A DNA stretch of 64,000 nucleotides. Source: Octopus vulgaris. Lineage: Eukaryota. How positions within the stretch are numbered: the first letter of the stretch is position 1; every line of letters starts with the position of its first letter. Below the pieces are notes generated by a model. That model ran no database searches and was not told the origin of the DNA. It saw only the letters and a program-made list of their open reading frames with translations. Location: contig OX597816.1 in NCBI GenBank assembly GCA_951406725.2, positions 134,602,001-134,666,000 of the forward strand, in the 5' to 3' direction. The translations under genes and the position numbers were made by a program. Below are positions 53,495 to 64,000 of this stretch, in pieces.

Positions 53495-53690
53495 TGTTGA
53501 TAGAAATGCAACATTTACTGTCATTGTATAAAGTAAATTTTGAAAATTCAAGACTGAAACCTTTGAAATTACTACATTTATTAACTGATGACAAACTTTG
53601 TAAGATGTTTCCAAGTGTTTGTGTTAATTTGAGAATATTGTTGATTATTCCAGTTACAGTACTGTTAACAGAAAGACCAATCTGTCATGT
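53495..53690 (+). mobile_element. hAT transposase dimerisation-domain remnant
   Basis: MFPSVCVNLRILLIIPVTVLLTERP resembles FPN..IALRILLTIPVTVASAERSFS. Confidence 0.65.
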
Positions 53691-53811
53691 AATTGAATTG
53701 AATTCCTTTGTTATCTGATGAATAACAAGGAATTCTTTTTTACTTTTTGTTTCTCAAGGTACTACAGTTTAACTGGCTTCCTGTTGAAGTTACACATGTT
53801 ACATTAAGTAA

Positions 53812-53990
53812 ACTGTGGTATCAACTGGCACTGGCATTCCCTTGCAAAACTACATTGATATGGAGGCAGTTACTAGGGTTGTGGTTCACGTACTACATGC
53901 TCTAGAAAATAGGGTGAAGACTATTCATGTGTGTGCTGTAGACATGGATGTTGTAGTCAACATGGTAGGCAGATTACATGATCTGAGTGA
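53812..53990 (+). mobile_element. XPG/PIN-like nuclease fragment, probably from an Academ(X) transposon
   Basis: EAVTRVVVHVLHALENRVKTIHVCAVDMDVVV resembles HEEADTRIVVHVLHAL..G.KTI.VRTVDTDVVV. Confidence 0.55.
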
Positions 53991-54059
53991 CCTTTAGAAT
54001 GCAAATTGTCCCATACTCTCTGCATCCGTCATCCTCCACTGTAACCGAAACTGACAAAC

Positions 54060-54340
54060 CCAGCTCTCTCCACTGTAATAGAGCTTCATCAATCTCCCTG
54101 TTGGAATTAGTCAATGTTGGAGAGGAGAAGCTGTTGCCTATCAAAGGAGAGCAAACGTGGATGGAGGAAAGAAAACAGGGAAGAGATAAAGATGAGCACT
54201 TGCACAGACCTAGATCCCCCAAATCATTTGGGCAAAGTAGCTTGGTCACAGGAGTCTGGGGAGAGTTTGACATTGACCTAGTATTCAAGTTTCCTGAATA
54301 TCAAATCATCAAAGAGGGATGACAGGAATCTGTAAGAAGA
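54060..54340 (-). mobile_element. CRE-like (restriction-like endonuclease type) non-LTR retrotransposon remnant
   Basis: With one frameshift it reads DQATLPK.FGG/LGLCKCSSLSLPCFLSSIH...EIDEALLQW, resembling QATLP...GGLG.....LALPAFLAS. Confidence 0.5.
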
Positions 54341-54419
54341 TTAGGAATTGACAAGTAATTCCTAAGGTAGTAAAAAAAACCTTAGTGGGGCTCAATTACT
54401 TCAAGGCTTTTTAAAAAGT

Positions 54420-54700
54420 TGAGGTTAGCCATTTTGGATAAAGATGAATTAATTATTGAAATTTGTGAGATTGATGCTATTACTGTTCCATTTAAACTAT
54501 TCTATGTCAACATCTGCAAAAAAGACATCAGCAGGGAGAAAATTCCAGAAGACCAATTTTCTGGAGAAGAAGGACTGGACAGTAGTTAGTGTTGAGAAAA
54601 GGATGTTGGATGCAACAAGAGTGAAGAGAATGGAGAGAAGAGTGAGCCATGGGATGGGGCTGAGGCTGCAAGGAGCAGAGACCATTTTACAAGAAGATTT
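54420..54700 (-). mobile_element. Decayed CR1/L2-like LINE 3' end
   Basis: QSFFSRKLVFWNFLPADVF resembles SFFPRT..LWNSLP..VFP. Confidence 0.5.
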
Positions 54701-54929
54701 AAATGGTTAAAGATAATAGTAAAAAAAAAAAAAAATGGACCACTCATATACATTAAAAATAGAAGGGACTTTTTAACCTTTTCTCATGAACAGTAAGATT
54801 ATAAAGGACTCAAAAATTCAAAAACTTGATAATGACTGCAGCAGGAAGCCTTAATTCTTGTTCCTTTACAATGTCTCAGAAAATTCCACTCACAAGATAA
54901 ACATTCCTTGTTTTAAAAGTGGCTGAGTT

Positions 54930-55285
54930 CCTTTTGAGCATTGGGCCTCAGGGAGGCAAAGTGGCTGAGCTTTCAAGTGTTGGGCCTCATGGAGGCAATG
55001 ACTGAGACCTTTGGCATTATGTTGTACATGAGAAGAAGACCCATTAAGCCAAGTAAAATCACTGTCGTGACAGATACTGGTGTCACGCAAATGGCATCCG
55101 TGCTGATGGTACGTAAAAGCACCCATTACACTCTCAGAGTGGTTGGAGTTAGGAAGGGCATCCAGCCATAGAAAATCATGCCAAATCAGACTGGAGTCTG
55201 GTGCAGCCTTCCAGCTTACCTGCCCTGGTCAAACCATCCAACTCATGCTAGCATGGGCAATGGATGTTAAATGATGATGATGATG
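54930..55285 (+). mobile_element. RTE-related 3' end with (GAT)n tail
   Basis: LGLMEAMT remnant and a 3' tail shared with 18252-19080. Confidence 0.75.
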
Positions 55286-56092
55286 AACATCAGTAACATG
55301 GTATGAAGTGTCTCACACAATGCAGTAAGAAATTTACTACACAAATTTTGTCTCTCAATTCTCATATATTGTACCATGAAAACTAACTATAAAGTATTAA
55401 CTTTCACAATTCTCCATGCTGCCAAGAGTTTTAGAAGAATGTCATTTGAGATGATACCTGAATGCTAATGATATTTGTAGTTTGCAGTTTTCTTTCTTCA
55501 GAGAAATAAAATAATATTCCAGAAAATTGTTTTATTGGCATTTTTATAAGTTGGCCAACACGGACAGTGAAGCCTGGTGTAATCTTCTGCCTAGCTAGCT
55601 CCTATCAAACCCTCCAATGCATACCAGCATGAAAAACGAACATTAGATGATGATGATGATATAGTTCTCTAAGTTGACTGACTGCTATATTTAGCACTTG
55701 TATTTAATCTTTCCATATTTCAATGAAAGTGATAACAGCTTTTGAAATATAATATTCTTTTTCTTTTTTACTCATTTCAATTGGTGCTGGGGTTCCGCTT
55801 TGAAAGGTTAATGTAATCAACTTGACCCCCAGTATTTATTTTATTTGTCTTATTGTGCCAAACTGCTAAATCACAGGAATGTAAACAAACCAATGGTTTG
55901 TCACATGATGAGAAACAGGCACTAGGATGCATACACACACACATGGCAGGTCTCTGCATTTATGAGTTCAGGCATAGAAGTCATTTCTCTATGGAGCTGT
56001 CCGGGATGGGGTGCTAAACTGAAAAAGAAAATATTAAAAAAATGGTGCGCTCTGAAATTTCAAGCTTCATTTTCTAGATATATGTGATGTGT

Positions 56093-56710
56093 ACAGTTCT
56101 ATATTTAAGAGATGAGGAATTATGTACATTATTTACTTTTGATGGATATTTGTCCTCATCTTGTTAACACAACGTTTTGGCTGATATACCCCCCAGCCTT
56201 CATCAAGTGTCTTGGGGAAATTTCGAACGTGGGTTCTCATTCCTAAGGTGTTTTTCAATGTTATTATTATTATTATTATTATTATCTAGGTCACTGTTTG
56301 GAATCTTGGGGTTTGTAGCCCGTGCTCTTAACCGCTATGCCATATGCCCATGGGCAATTATGAATTTTAGGTCTTAAAAATCTAATATTTTCCTATCCTT
56401 CCTTAATACCGGTTTTCATATGCTACTCATATCCGCACATGGTCTGCTTAGGAAGTTGTGTCCTAGCATGTGCTGCTTCTTTTAGTTTTCGTATTTTCCA
56501 GTAGTGTTCTCTGTCTATTATTTTAACTTCATCCAACTTGTTCTATATTTTTCCATACATGATCAGCTATACCTGATTTATCAATATCTCCTTGTGTTAC
56601 AGCTTTGCAATATTTGTCTACCCTTATTTTGAGGGTGGCGGCATGTTTTGCCTTTGTATAACCTACCACTGCTGCATGGGATGGAGTACATGCAGTTTTT
56701 GGTCATATTC
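56093..56710 (-). mobile_element. Penelope-like element 3' fragment (inverted copy, more decayed)
   Basis: Reverse complement of 56737-57327; NMTKNCMYSIPCSSGRLYKG; hammerhead core mutated (56166-56211). Confidence 0.88.
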
Positions 56711-56711
56711 C

Positions 56712-57327
56712 TTTGAGTAAAACCACCAATAGAAAAGAATATGACCAAAGACTGCGTGTACTCCATCCCATGCAGCTGTGGTAGGTTATACAAAGGTGAA
56801 ACATGCCGCTCCCTTAAAATAAGGGTAAACGAACATCACAAAGCTGTGACACGAGGAGATATTGATAAATCGGGTATAGCTGATCATGTATGGAAAAATG
56901 GAGATCACCTCCCCCTGTGGGATGAAGTTAAAATAATAGAGAACACCACTGTAAAAAAAGAAGCAGTGCATATGTTAAAACACAACAACCTCCTAAGCAG
57001 ACCGAGTGCAGATATGAATAGCATATGGGAACCGGTATTAAGGAAGGATAGGAAAGTATTAGATTTATACGACCTAAAATTTACTCCATAATTACCCACG
57101 GGCATTGTGGTTAAGAGTGCGGGCTACTAATCCCAAGATTCTGAGTTCGATTCCAAGCAGTGACCTGAATAATAATAATAATAACATCGAAAAATATCTT
57201 AGGATTTCGAACCCAGGTTCAAAATTTCCCCAAGACACCTGATGAAGGCTGGAGGGTATAACAGCCGAAACGTTGTGTTAACAACAAACAAGATGAGGAC
57301 AAATATCCGTCAAATGTAAATAATGTA
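56712..57327 (+). mobile_element. Penelope-like element 3' fragment: GIY-YIG endonuclease ORF end plus terminal repeat
   Basis: CVYSIPCSCGRLYKGETCRSLKIRVNEH...SGIADHVW...H...WDEVKII is the Penelope-type GIY-YIG signature; stop at 57091. Confidence 0.92.
57234..57279 (+). ncRNA. Minimal type I hammerhead ribozyme of the Penelope terminal repeat
   Basis: GACAC-CTGATGA-A-GGCTG(gagggtataa)CAGCC-GAAAC-GTT-GTGTT: stem I GACAC/GTGTT, intact core, stem II and a palindromic AACGTT stem III. Confidence 0.78.
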
Positions 57328-58239
57328 TTTGTGATGTGCGTCAGTTTGTTTTCATATTAAATTCTGATATAATCATAATCTTCACCATCTGAAAGATAGT
57401 CATAAAAATGCCCATTTTCTGAAAGTTATGAGGAAACAAAGTCAAATCGCGTGAATTTTCCGAAACTCCCCTCTACATCCTCGGAAAACATTTCACAACA
57501 CATTCCGATATAATCGGAATCTACATTATCTGATGCGTATTTGTAGAAATTTTCATTAAAAAATATTGATCCCCCCCCCGAAAGTTATGAGGAAACAAAG
57601 TCAGTGGAGGGCACACTTGTGTAAGTATGTCACATTAATAATTTCAACATTTTCTGGACAGAAGATAAGGAAGGACAAAATAACAAACAAAATAATAAAA
57701 ACCATAAAAAACCCGAACGACCCCTCCCACAAAAACACTAGGAAATCAGCTGTAGTATAAACGTGAGTATTCTTGCACATACACGTACAAGGATACATAT
57801 ATACACTAACTAAAACTAGACATTGCTTTCATTTTCAGTCAGTACAATTTGTTTCACTTTGTCCACCATATTATATGTACAAATTTCGAAAGACCGTCCA
57901 ATATTTCTGCTATGTTTAAAGTAGAAAAAATTTCGTTATCAATTCCGTCTTTTCTGCTTTTCATATTACCTTTCTGTAGATAAATTTCAGCTCGATATTC
58001 ATTTTTACTTAAAAGACAGCAACTGTATAAAGAAGTAGTTCTAGAATATTGTAGTTTGACGGGTTGGTAAAAGGGTTAAAAGAATCAAGTAGTGAAGTAC
58101 CCACCCATACATTTTACTATTGTTGATTCTTAAACCAATATCATTATGACACAGCAATTTTGCTCTAGCCACTCTCTTTGTTACAACTCCTCTCCCATTC
58201 CTCTTACTTGCAAAAAGTAGGAGGTGGTAATATCTGCTT

Positions 58240-58350
58240 TCTGATTGGTGAGGCTGACAAATCAGAATTTAGCGCTAATTCAGGTTAGACGAGTTGCTGC
58301 ATCAGTCAGTGAACGGATCTTCCTTGTTTGTATCGCTTGTTTGGTAAGTC
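58240..58350 (+). promoter_or_regulatory. Candidate promoter and short non-coding first exon of an unidentified + strand gene
   Basis: Reverse CCAAT (CTGATTGG at about 58241-58248), Inr-like TCAGTC at about 58302 and a TTG|GTAAGT donor at 58344, followed by about 2 kb of CpG-retaining sequence. Confidence 0.55.
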
Positions 58351-58620
58351 AACTTCTCAGAATATCGAATGTAAACTATCCTTCACAACGTTTAAACATT
58401 TGGTTATTAGAATTTAGGTAGTTAGTGTCTCTGTTATCGCTAACCATATTGCTATTAAACATGATAGTGTTGTTTTTAAAAGTAAGATAACTATATATAA
58501 TACATTATTTTTCTGGTTATGGACGAAAAACTATGGTTTAATCACAATGTCTACTTTTAACAGACAGCAAGAGTAGGGTTAAAATTGTTTACTTAACATG
58601 TACTCTCGTAAGTTTAGTTG

Positions 58621-58684
<64 letters not shown>

Positions 58685-60164
58685 TCACACTTTAGCTTAA
58701 CTTAACGAGTTTAGATAAGTATAATTTTTTATCTTGTGGATAATCAGGTATCGTTTGGTCACATGAATGTCAAATCGCCAGCTCATCTCTTGTGTCGCCT
58801 TTATACATTCATTGTATTTTAAATTTCTCCTGTTAATATTACCTGTAGGACTGCGAGGTAGCAGCATTTCGTCTTTCTTTACTTTCTGAGTTCAAATGCC
58901 AGCGAAGTCGACTTTACTTTATTTTTCCTGGTCGATAAAATAAGTACCAGCTAAGCACTGGTGTCGATGTAATCAATTTTCTCCCTCCCACGAAATTGCC
59001 GGTTTTGTACCAAAATTTGAAACCTATATTATCAATCTACCTTCCTCTTTTCTGTTTATTTCGCCAGCTATTAACAGTCCTTGTAATTCATTTTATGAAG
59101 TGTTCAAAATATCTCTTTTACTGTATCTAATAGAATTTTCGACTTCGACAGTGCTAATCAGGCTGTGATTTGACAGTATCGTTAGTGTATCGGACAAAAT
59201 GCCTTCGGTATTTGTAAATTACGCCTGATTCTAAGTTGAAATCTCCTCGAAGTCATCGTCAAGTCTATTCTTGAACATTTACGCTTCATACCATTACATT
59301 TTCAATTCCGAACCCATACGCCCCTAAAGCGAAAAGACCATCATAAAATAAGTACCGTCAGCTGTTGTTTCCTATAACGCACTCAAAATTTGAATGAAAT
59401 TATAGGCAAGACGAATATTCTAAAATGTAATACCTAAATGTTTTTTGTATTTATTGACCTCTGTGTCAAGTGAAGCGTGAAACAAACTTATGAATTGTTT
59501 GCCGTATACTTACTGGCCTGCAATATCGTCTGTTTATTTTGTAAATTGATACCTTTAGGACCTAAAAGGATTTTTTTTTTTCAGGTAAAATTGTAGAAAT
59601 TAAAAGAATGTTAATTTTCAAATGACACTCTATAGTCTTTAAAAGAGGAAAAGATAATTAGTTTTAGTTGCACTGTCTGAAAAATATCCAACTCGGATAT
59701 TTTGCTTATAGTTCAGAGTGCTTTTTTTGTTATCGGAGGTAGTTGCATTTTCTGTTGTTATGTATTAATATGAAAAAGTGTCTTAATTTCACTAAAAGTT
59801 TTCAGTACTGAAAGTAAATCGATCGGACTTGCGTTTACTACTCCTGAGAATGTTTAATCAGTTCATGTTTTATTTTAAATAAAACAAGGAAAATTTATTC
59901 AACATTTTTCAAAAGAAAAGAGGAGGGCGAATTTTGAGTTAAGGACTCTACTTTCGCCAATCGGCGGTTAGTGTAATTTCGTTTGGTAGTCAGAGAAGTT
60001 TAATTATATTAGAAAGTAGTGCTTGCGGTCTAATTTTTGGCAATTCTATAGATTGGTGCTCCACCCCTGATTTTGTTATAACCTTCTGGAAAATACAATA
60101 GGCATAATTTTTTAAGCGAAATTTTGCAGTGATACGTTTTCGAGGGTAAAGGTTAGAACTTATC

Positions 60165-63100
60165 TTTCATCCTTTGTCTTGTTTCAGTCATTAGACTGTG
60201 ATCATGCTGGGGCACCGCCTTGAAGGGTTTAGTCGAACAAATCGACCACAGTGCTTGTTTTCTTAAGGTCTGGTACTTATTGTATCGGCCTCGGTCGAAC
60301 CGGTAAGTTACGGGGGACGTAAACAAACCAACACCGGTTGTGAAACGGCGATGGAAAATTTTTTTTAGGTGGGTGGGCAGTTTCGGTTTATCACCCCCTG
60401 CTCTTATTAGTACCGATTTCCAGAACTTCAGCATTTTTTTACCTTTTCAGATTTATATCAGCTTTCTTTCGGTTTTGACCATAAATTGAAATTGGAAATA
60501 TCGACACTCGATTCCCATGTTTTCAACAACAGAAATTTCAGCTTTCAAATTTTCACCCCATTTACCAACATTCTTTTTGCTTAAAAAAAAAATGTGGGAT
60601 GGGGATGGTGTGTGTGTGAAAAGATTTGTTTCCAAATTTCCACACTCGAAAGTGAATTTTTGCAAAGTATCATTTAACAAGCAGCATTTTAAAGAGCCAC
60701 GAGTAAACAGTCTGGATGGGGAAGAGTGATGAAGAAAAAAATTTAAAAATGTTATCAAAATATACACTCTTTAACCTACACACACAAACGAAGGCATGGC
60801 CATGTAGTTTAGAAGTCCGCTTCTGAACCACGTGGTTTCCATGGGCAGGTGTCTTCCATGTGAGTGACTTTAGTAAACGGAAACGGGAAGAAACTCGTCG
60901 TGTGTGTGTATATATTTTATTCTTTTACATGTTTGTCATTTGACTGTGGCCATGTTGGAGTTCTGCCGTTTAGTCGAAGAAATCGATCCCAGGACTTATT
61001 CTTTGTAAGCTTGGTACTTATCCTATTAAATTTTTTTTGCCGAACAGCTAAGTTACGGGGACGTAAACACACCAACATCGGTTGTCAAGCGATGATGGTG
61101 GACACGCACGCATATACACACACACACACATACACATGACGGGCTTCTTTTCTATTTCCGTCCACCAAATCCACTAACAAGGCTTTGGTCGACTCGAAGC
61201 TATAGTAGAAAATACCCAAGGTGCCATGCAGTGGGACTGAACCCGGAACCACGTAGTTGGGAAGCTTCTTACCACACAGCCACACCTGCGCATATATATA
61301 TAATCTTGTTTCAGTCAATTGACTGCAGACATGCTGGAGCACCGCATTAAAGGGTTTTTAAGTCTAGCAAATCGACCTCAAGACTTTTTGAAAATCTCGC
61401 ACTTATTCTATCCGAATCTTTTGCCGAACTACCAAGTTATGGGGACGTCAACACAAACACCGTTTTTCAAGATGTGGTGGGACACACATATATACATATG
61501 TATGTATATGATATATATATATAAAATATATGACAAGCTTCTTTTAGTTTCCGTTCTAACAAATCCACTCACAAAGCATTGGTGGGCCTGAGACTATAGT
61601 AGAAGACACTTACTCAAAGTGGACATGCAATGGGACTGAACTCGGAATATGTGTGTCCTTGTCCTAATTTTCTCGCGATAATTGTAAACTCACGTCACCA
61701 TGCAAGCGGTGTTCCTTGTTTCCAGTCTTCCATGAAAACGAGTCCGTCCATAGGTAAATATTACCTTGCCTGGAAACAAACGAGGGTTGGTGACAGGAAA
61801 TGCTTCTGACAGTGCAAAATCTCCATCAAGAATTCAGTCTGATCCATTCAAGCGTGGTAAAGTTTACATTAAAACGAGAATGATTGAATGTATATATATA
61901 GTACAAGGAGAACAAGAATAACAGTCGGCTGCAGCAACCAGTCTACCTCACGAGTCTCATTTCTCAGACGGGTCACCGTTATCCCGATAGTGCGGAGTCC
62001 AAGAACATCTGAGGTCTCAACGGTGCCGAGCAGAAACTGATAGCGGCCGGTCAGGCCCTTGTATTTATTTATTTTTCTCTCCTCTACGTTGCGGGCAGCA
62101 AGGTTGACGCAGGAGATCTATAATACTTCAGATATGTATGATTAATATTGGTTTCTAAGTTTAAAAAATCGGCGTGGCTGTGTGGTAAGAAGCTTGCTTC
62201 CCAACCACATGGTTCAGTCCCACTGCGTGGCACCTTGGACAAGTGTTTTTCTACTATATCCTCGGGCCGACCAAAGCCTTGTGAGTGGATTTGGTAGACG
62301 GAAACTGAAAGTAGCCCGTAGTATATATGTATGTACCCCTCGCTATCGCTAGACAACCAATGCTGGTTTGTTTATGCTCCCGTAACTTAGCGGATTGGCA
62401 TAAAAGACTGTTAGAATAAGTATGAGGTTTACAAAGAATAAGTCCTGGGGTCCATTTCTTTGACTAAAGTCCTTTAAGGTGGTGCTCCAGAATGGCCGCA
62501 GTGAACTGACTGAAACAAAAGAATAAAAGAACAGTTGTTTTGTTAGTATAGTAGTGACTCTACTGTTAGATACTTTTTGTTTCTGTATAGGTGTCGAAGC
62601 AAAAAAAAAAAATCCCTTCATATAGCTAAAAAATAAAGTCTTATAAGTCTAATAGATGCAAGCGTGGCTGTGTGTAGTAAGAAGCTTCCTTCCCAACAAC
62701 ATGGTTCTGGATTCTGTCCCACTTTGTAGCACCTTGGACACTTCAGGCTAACCGAAACCTAAAGAGTGGATTTGGTAGATAGAAACTGAAAGAAGCCCAT
62801 CGTATACCTGTCTGTCTTTGTGTCTGTGTTTGTCCCCCACTACCACTTGACAACTTGTCCCTAATCCTAGCGGTTCAGCAAAGGATATGGATAGAATAAG
62901 TACCAAGTATAACAAAAAAGTAAGTACTGGGATCGATTCATTGGACTGAAAATTCAAAGTAGCATGACCTCAGTCTAATGACTGAAACAAGTAAAAGATA
63001 AAACTATAAACAGGTCTCAGTCTTGTTAAATATATACTTTCAGCATCATTGTTATTGTTTTATCGTCCATCTTTTCATGCTTGCATGGGTCTGATGAAGT

Positions 63101-63430
63101 TTATTGAGGGAGATTTTCTATGGCAAGATGCCCTTCCTGTTGCCAACCCTCACCTGTCTCCAAGTGAGGTAATTTTTTCCCTGTGGTCAGACATGTTTGC
63201 ACAGGATATTGAAAATGAGTGACACTCAAAAAATAAGTTATGTGATATCAAGACAGGGATACAAGTATACACTCACTCACATACACCCATGTCCATCAAC
63301 CAGATCCATTTACAAGGCTTTGCTTATCCCATGGTTATAGTAGAAAACACTTTCCAAAGTGGCATTTGATGGGACTGAATCTAAAACCATGTGGTTTAGA
63401 AGCAAGCTTCTTACCCACACAGTCATGTCT
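60165..63430. mobile_element. Dense cluster of OR/CORE-like SINE copies in both orientations
   Basis: Copies at about 60165-60350 (-), 60790-60910 (+), 60915-61290 (-), 61305-61650 (-), 62170-62525 (+), 62660-63000 (+) and 63050-63430 (-). Confidence 0.8.
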
Positions 63431-64000
63431 GTGCCTTAATATATTTAATATACATCTTTTAAATGATGATCATGTTAATGTACTTCTGGTTTTTGTTTCT
63501 ATCTTTTGAATTTATGAGGAAAACGTGATGTACTTGTTGACCCTAGTGAGAGTTTTAAATATCTTCTCTGATGTTGAATGTAATTAAATGTTTTTTGTTT
63601 TGTTTAGCCTCTGGCTTTTTATACAGGGCAGAAAAAAAGGAATAATTTTCTCATAGTGTAGTATAAATTATTTAACCTAACAGGCCTAGAAGACGATATA
63701 ATGAGACCAGTTTAGAAGAAAAAATGAAAACAAAACATTGTTATTGTGGTTGTTAGTTAAAAAATAGAACTGAATATGTCTTATTAAAACAAAACAAAAA
63801 AAAATTTTTTAATCATCAGTTGGTGACAAAATACCTAAACCACAATTACAATCAATTTTTCTTCTTAAAAACTATTGAATAAATTTCTTAATTTTATTAA
63901 AGAAAAAGTGAATAAAATATTCTTGTAGCACTACTGTACATCATGAATATACATGATTTACTTTTGTTATCCAATGTTTTAGTTCTTTTTACTGGAATTA

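Noticed and set aside
57101-57166. Functional tRNA gene
   Set aside because: No proper acceptor stem or Pol III terminator; embedded in a retroelement and decayed in the sister copy.

Overview
AT-rich, repeat-dense animal genomic DNA. The repeat families and gene structure point to a coleoid cephalopod, probably Octopus (inferred, not searched). The only host protein-coding gene I can support is an ANKRD27/VARP orthologue on the minus strand. I traced 14 in-phase coding exons (17617 down to 1816; 1510 nt, about 503 codons) covering the N-terminus, the VPS9 domain and the first CHPLCxCxxC motif. The gene runs off the left edge, and one intron appears to use a GC donor. The rest is mostly transposable elements: RTE and CR1 LINE pieces, tRNA-derived SINEs, mariner, Chapaev, hAT, Academ-like, CRE-like, Helitron and piggyBac-type remnants. 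There are also candidate promoters or non-coding first exons near 22-23.5 kb, 47.4 kb and 58.3 kb. The most interesting signal is four unrelated fold-back loci carrying whole, degenerate or half hammerhead ribozyme motifs of the Penelope type. One is a GIY-YIG Penelope 3' end with a tRNA-like module followed by an intact minimal hammerhead. No CRISPR array or bona fide rRNA/tRNA gene was found. All family assignments are from recalled motifs, with no database search.
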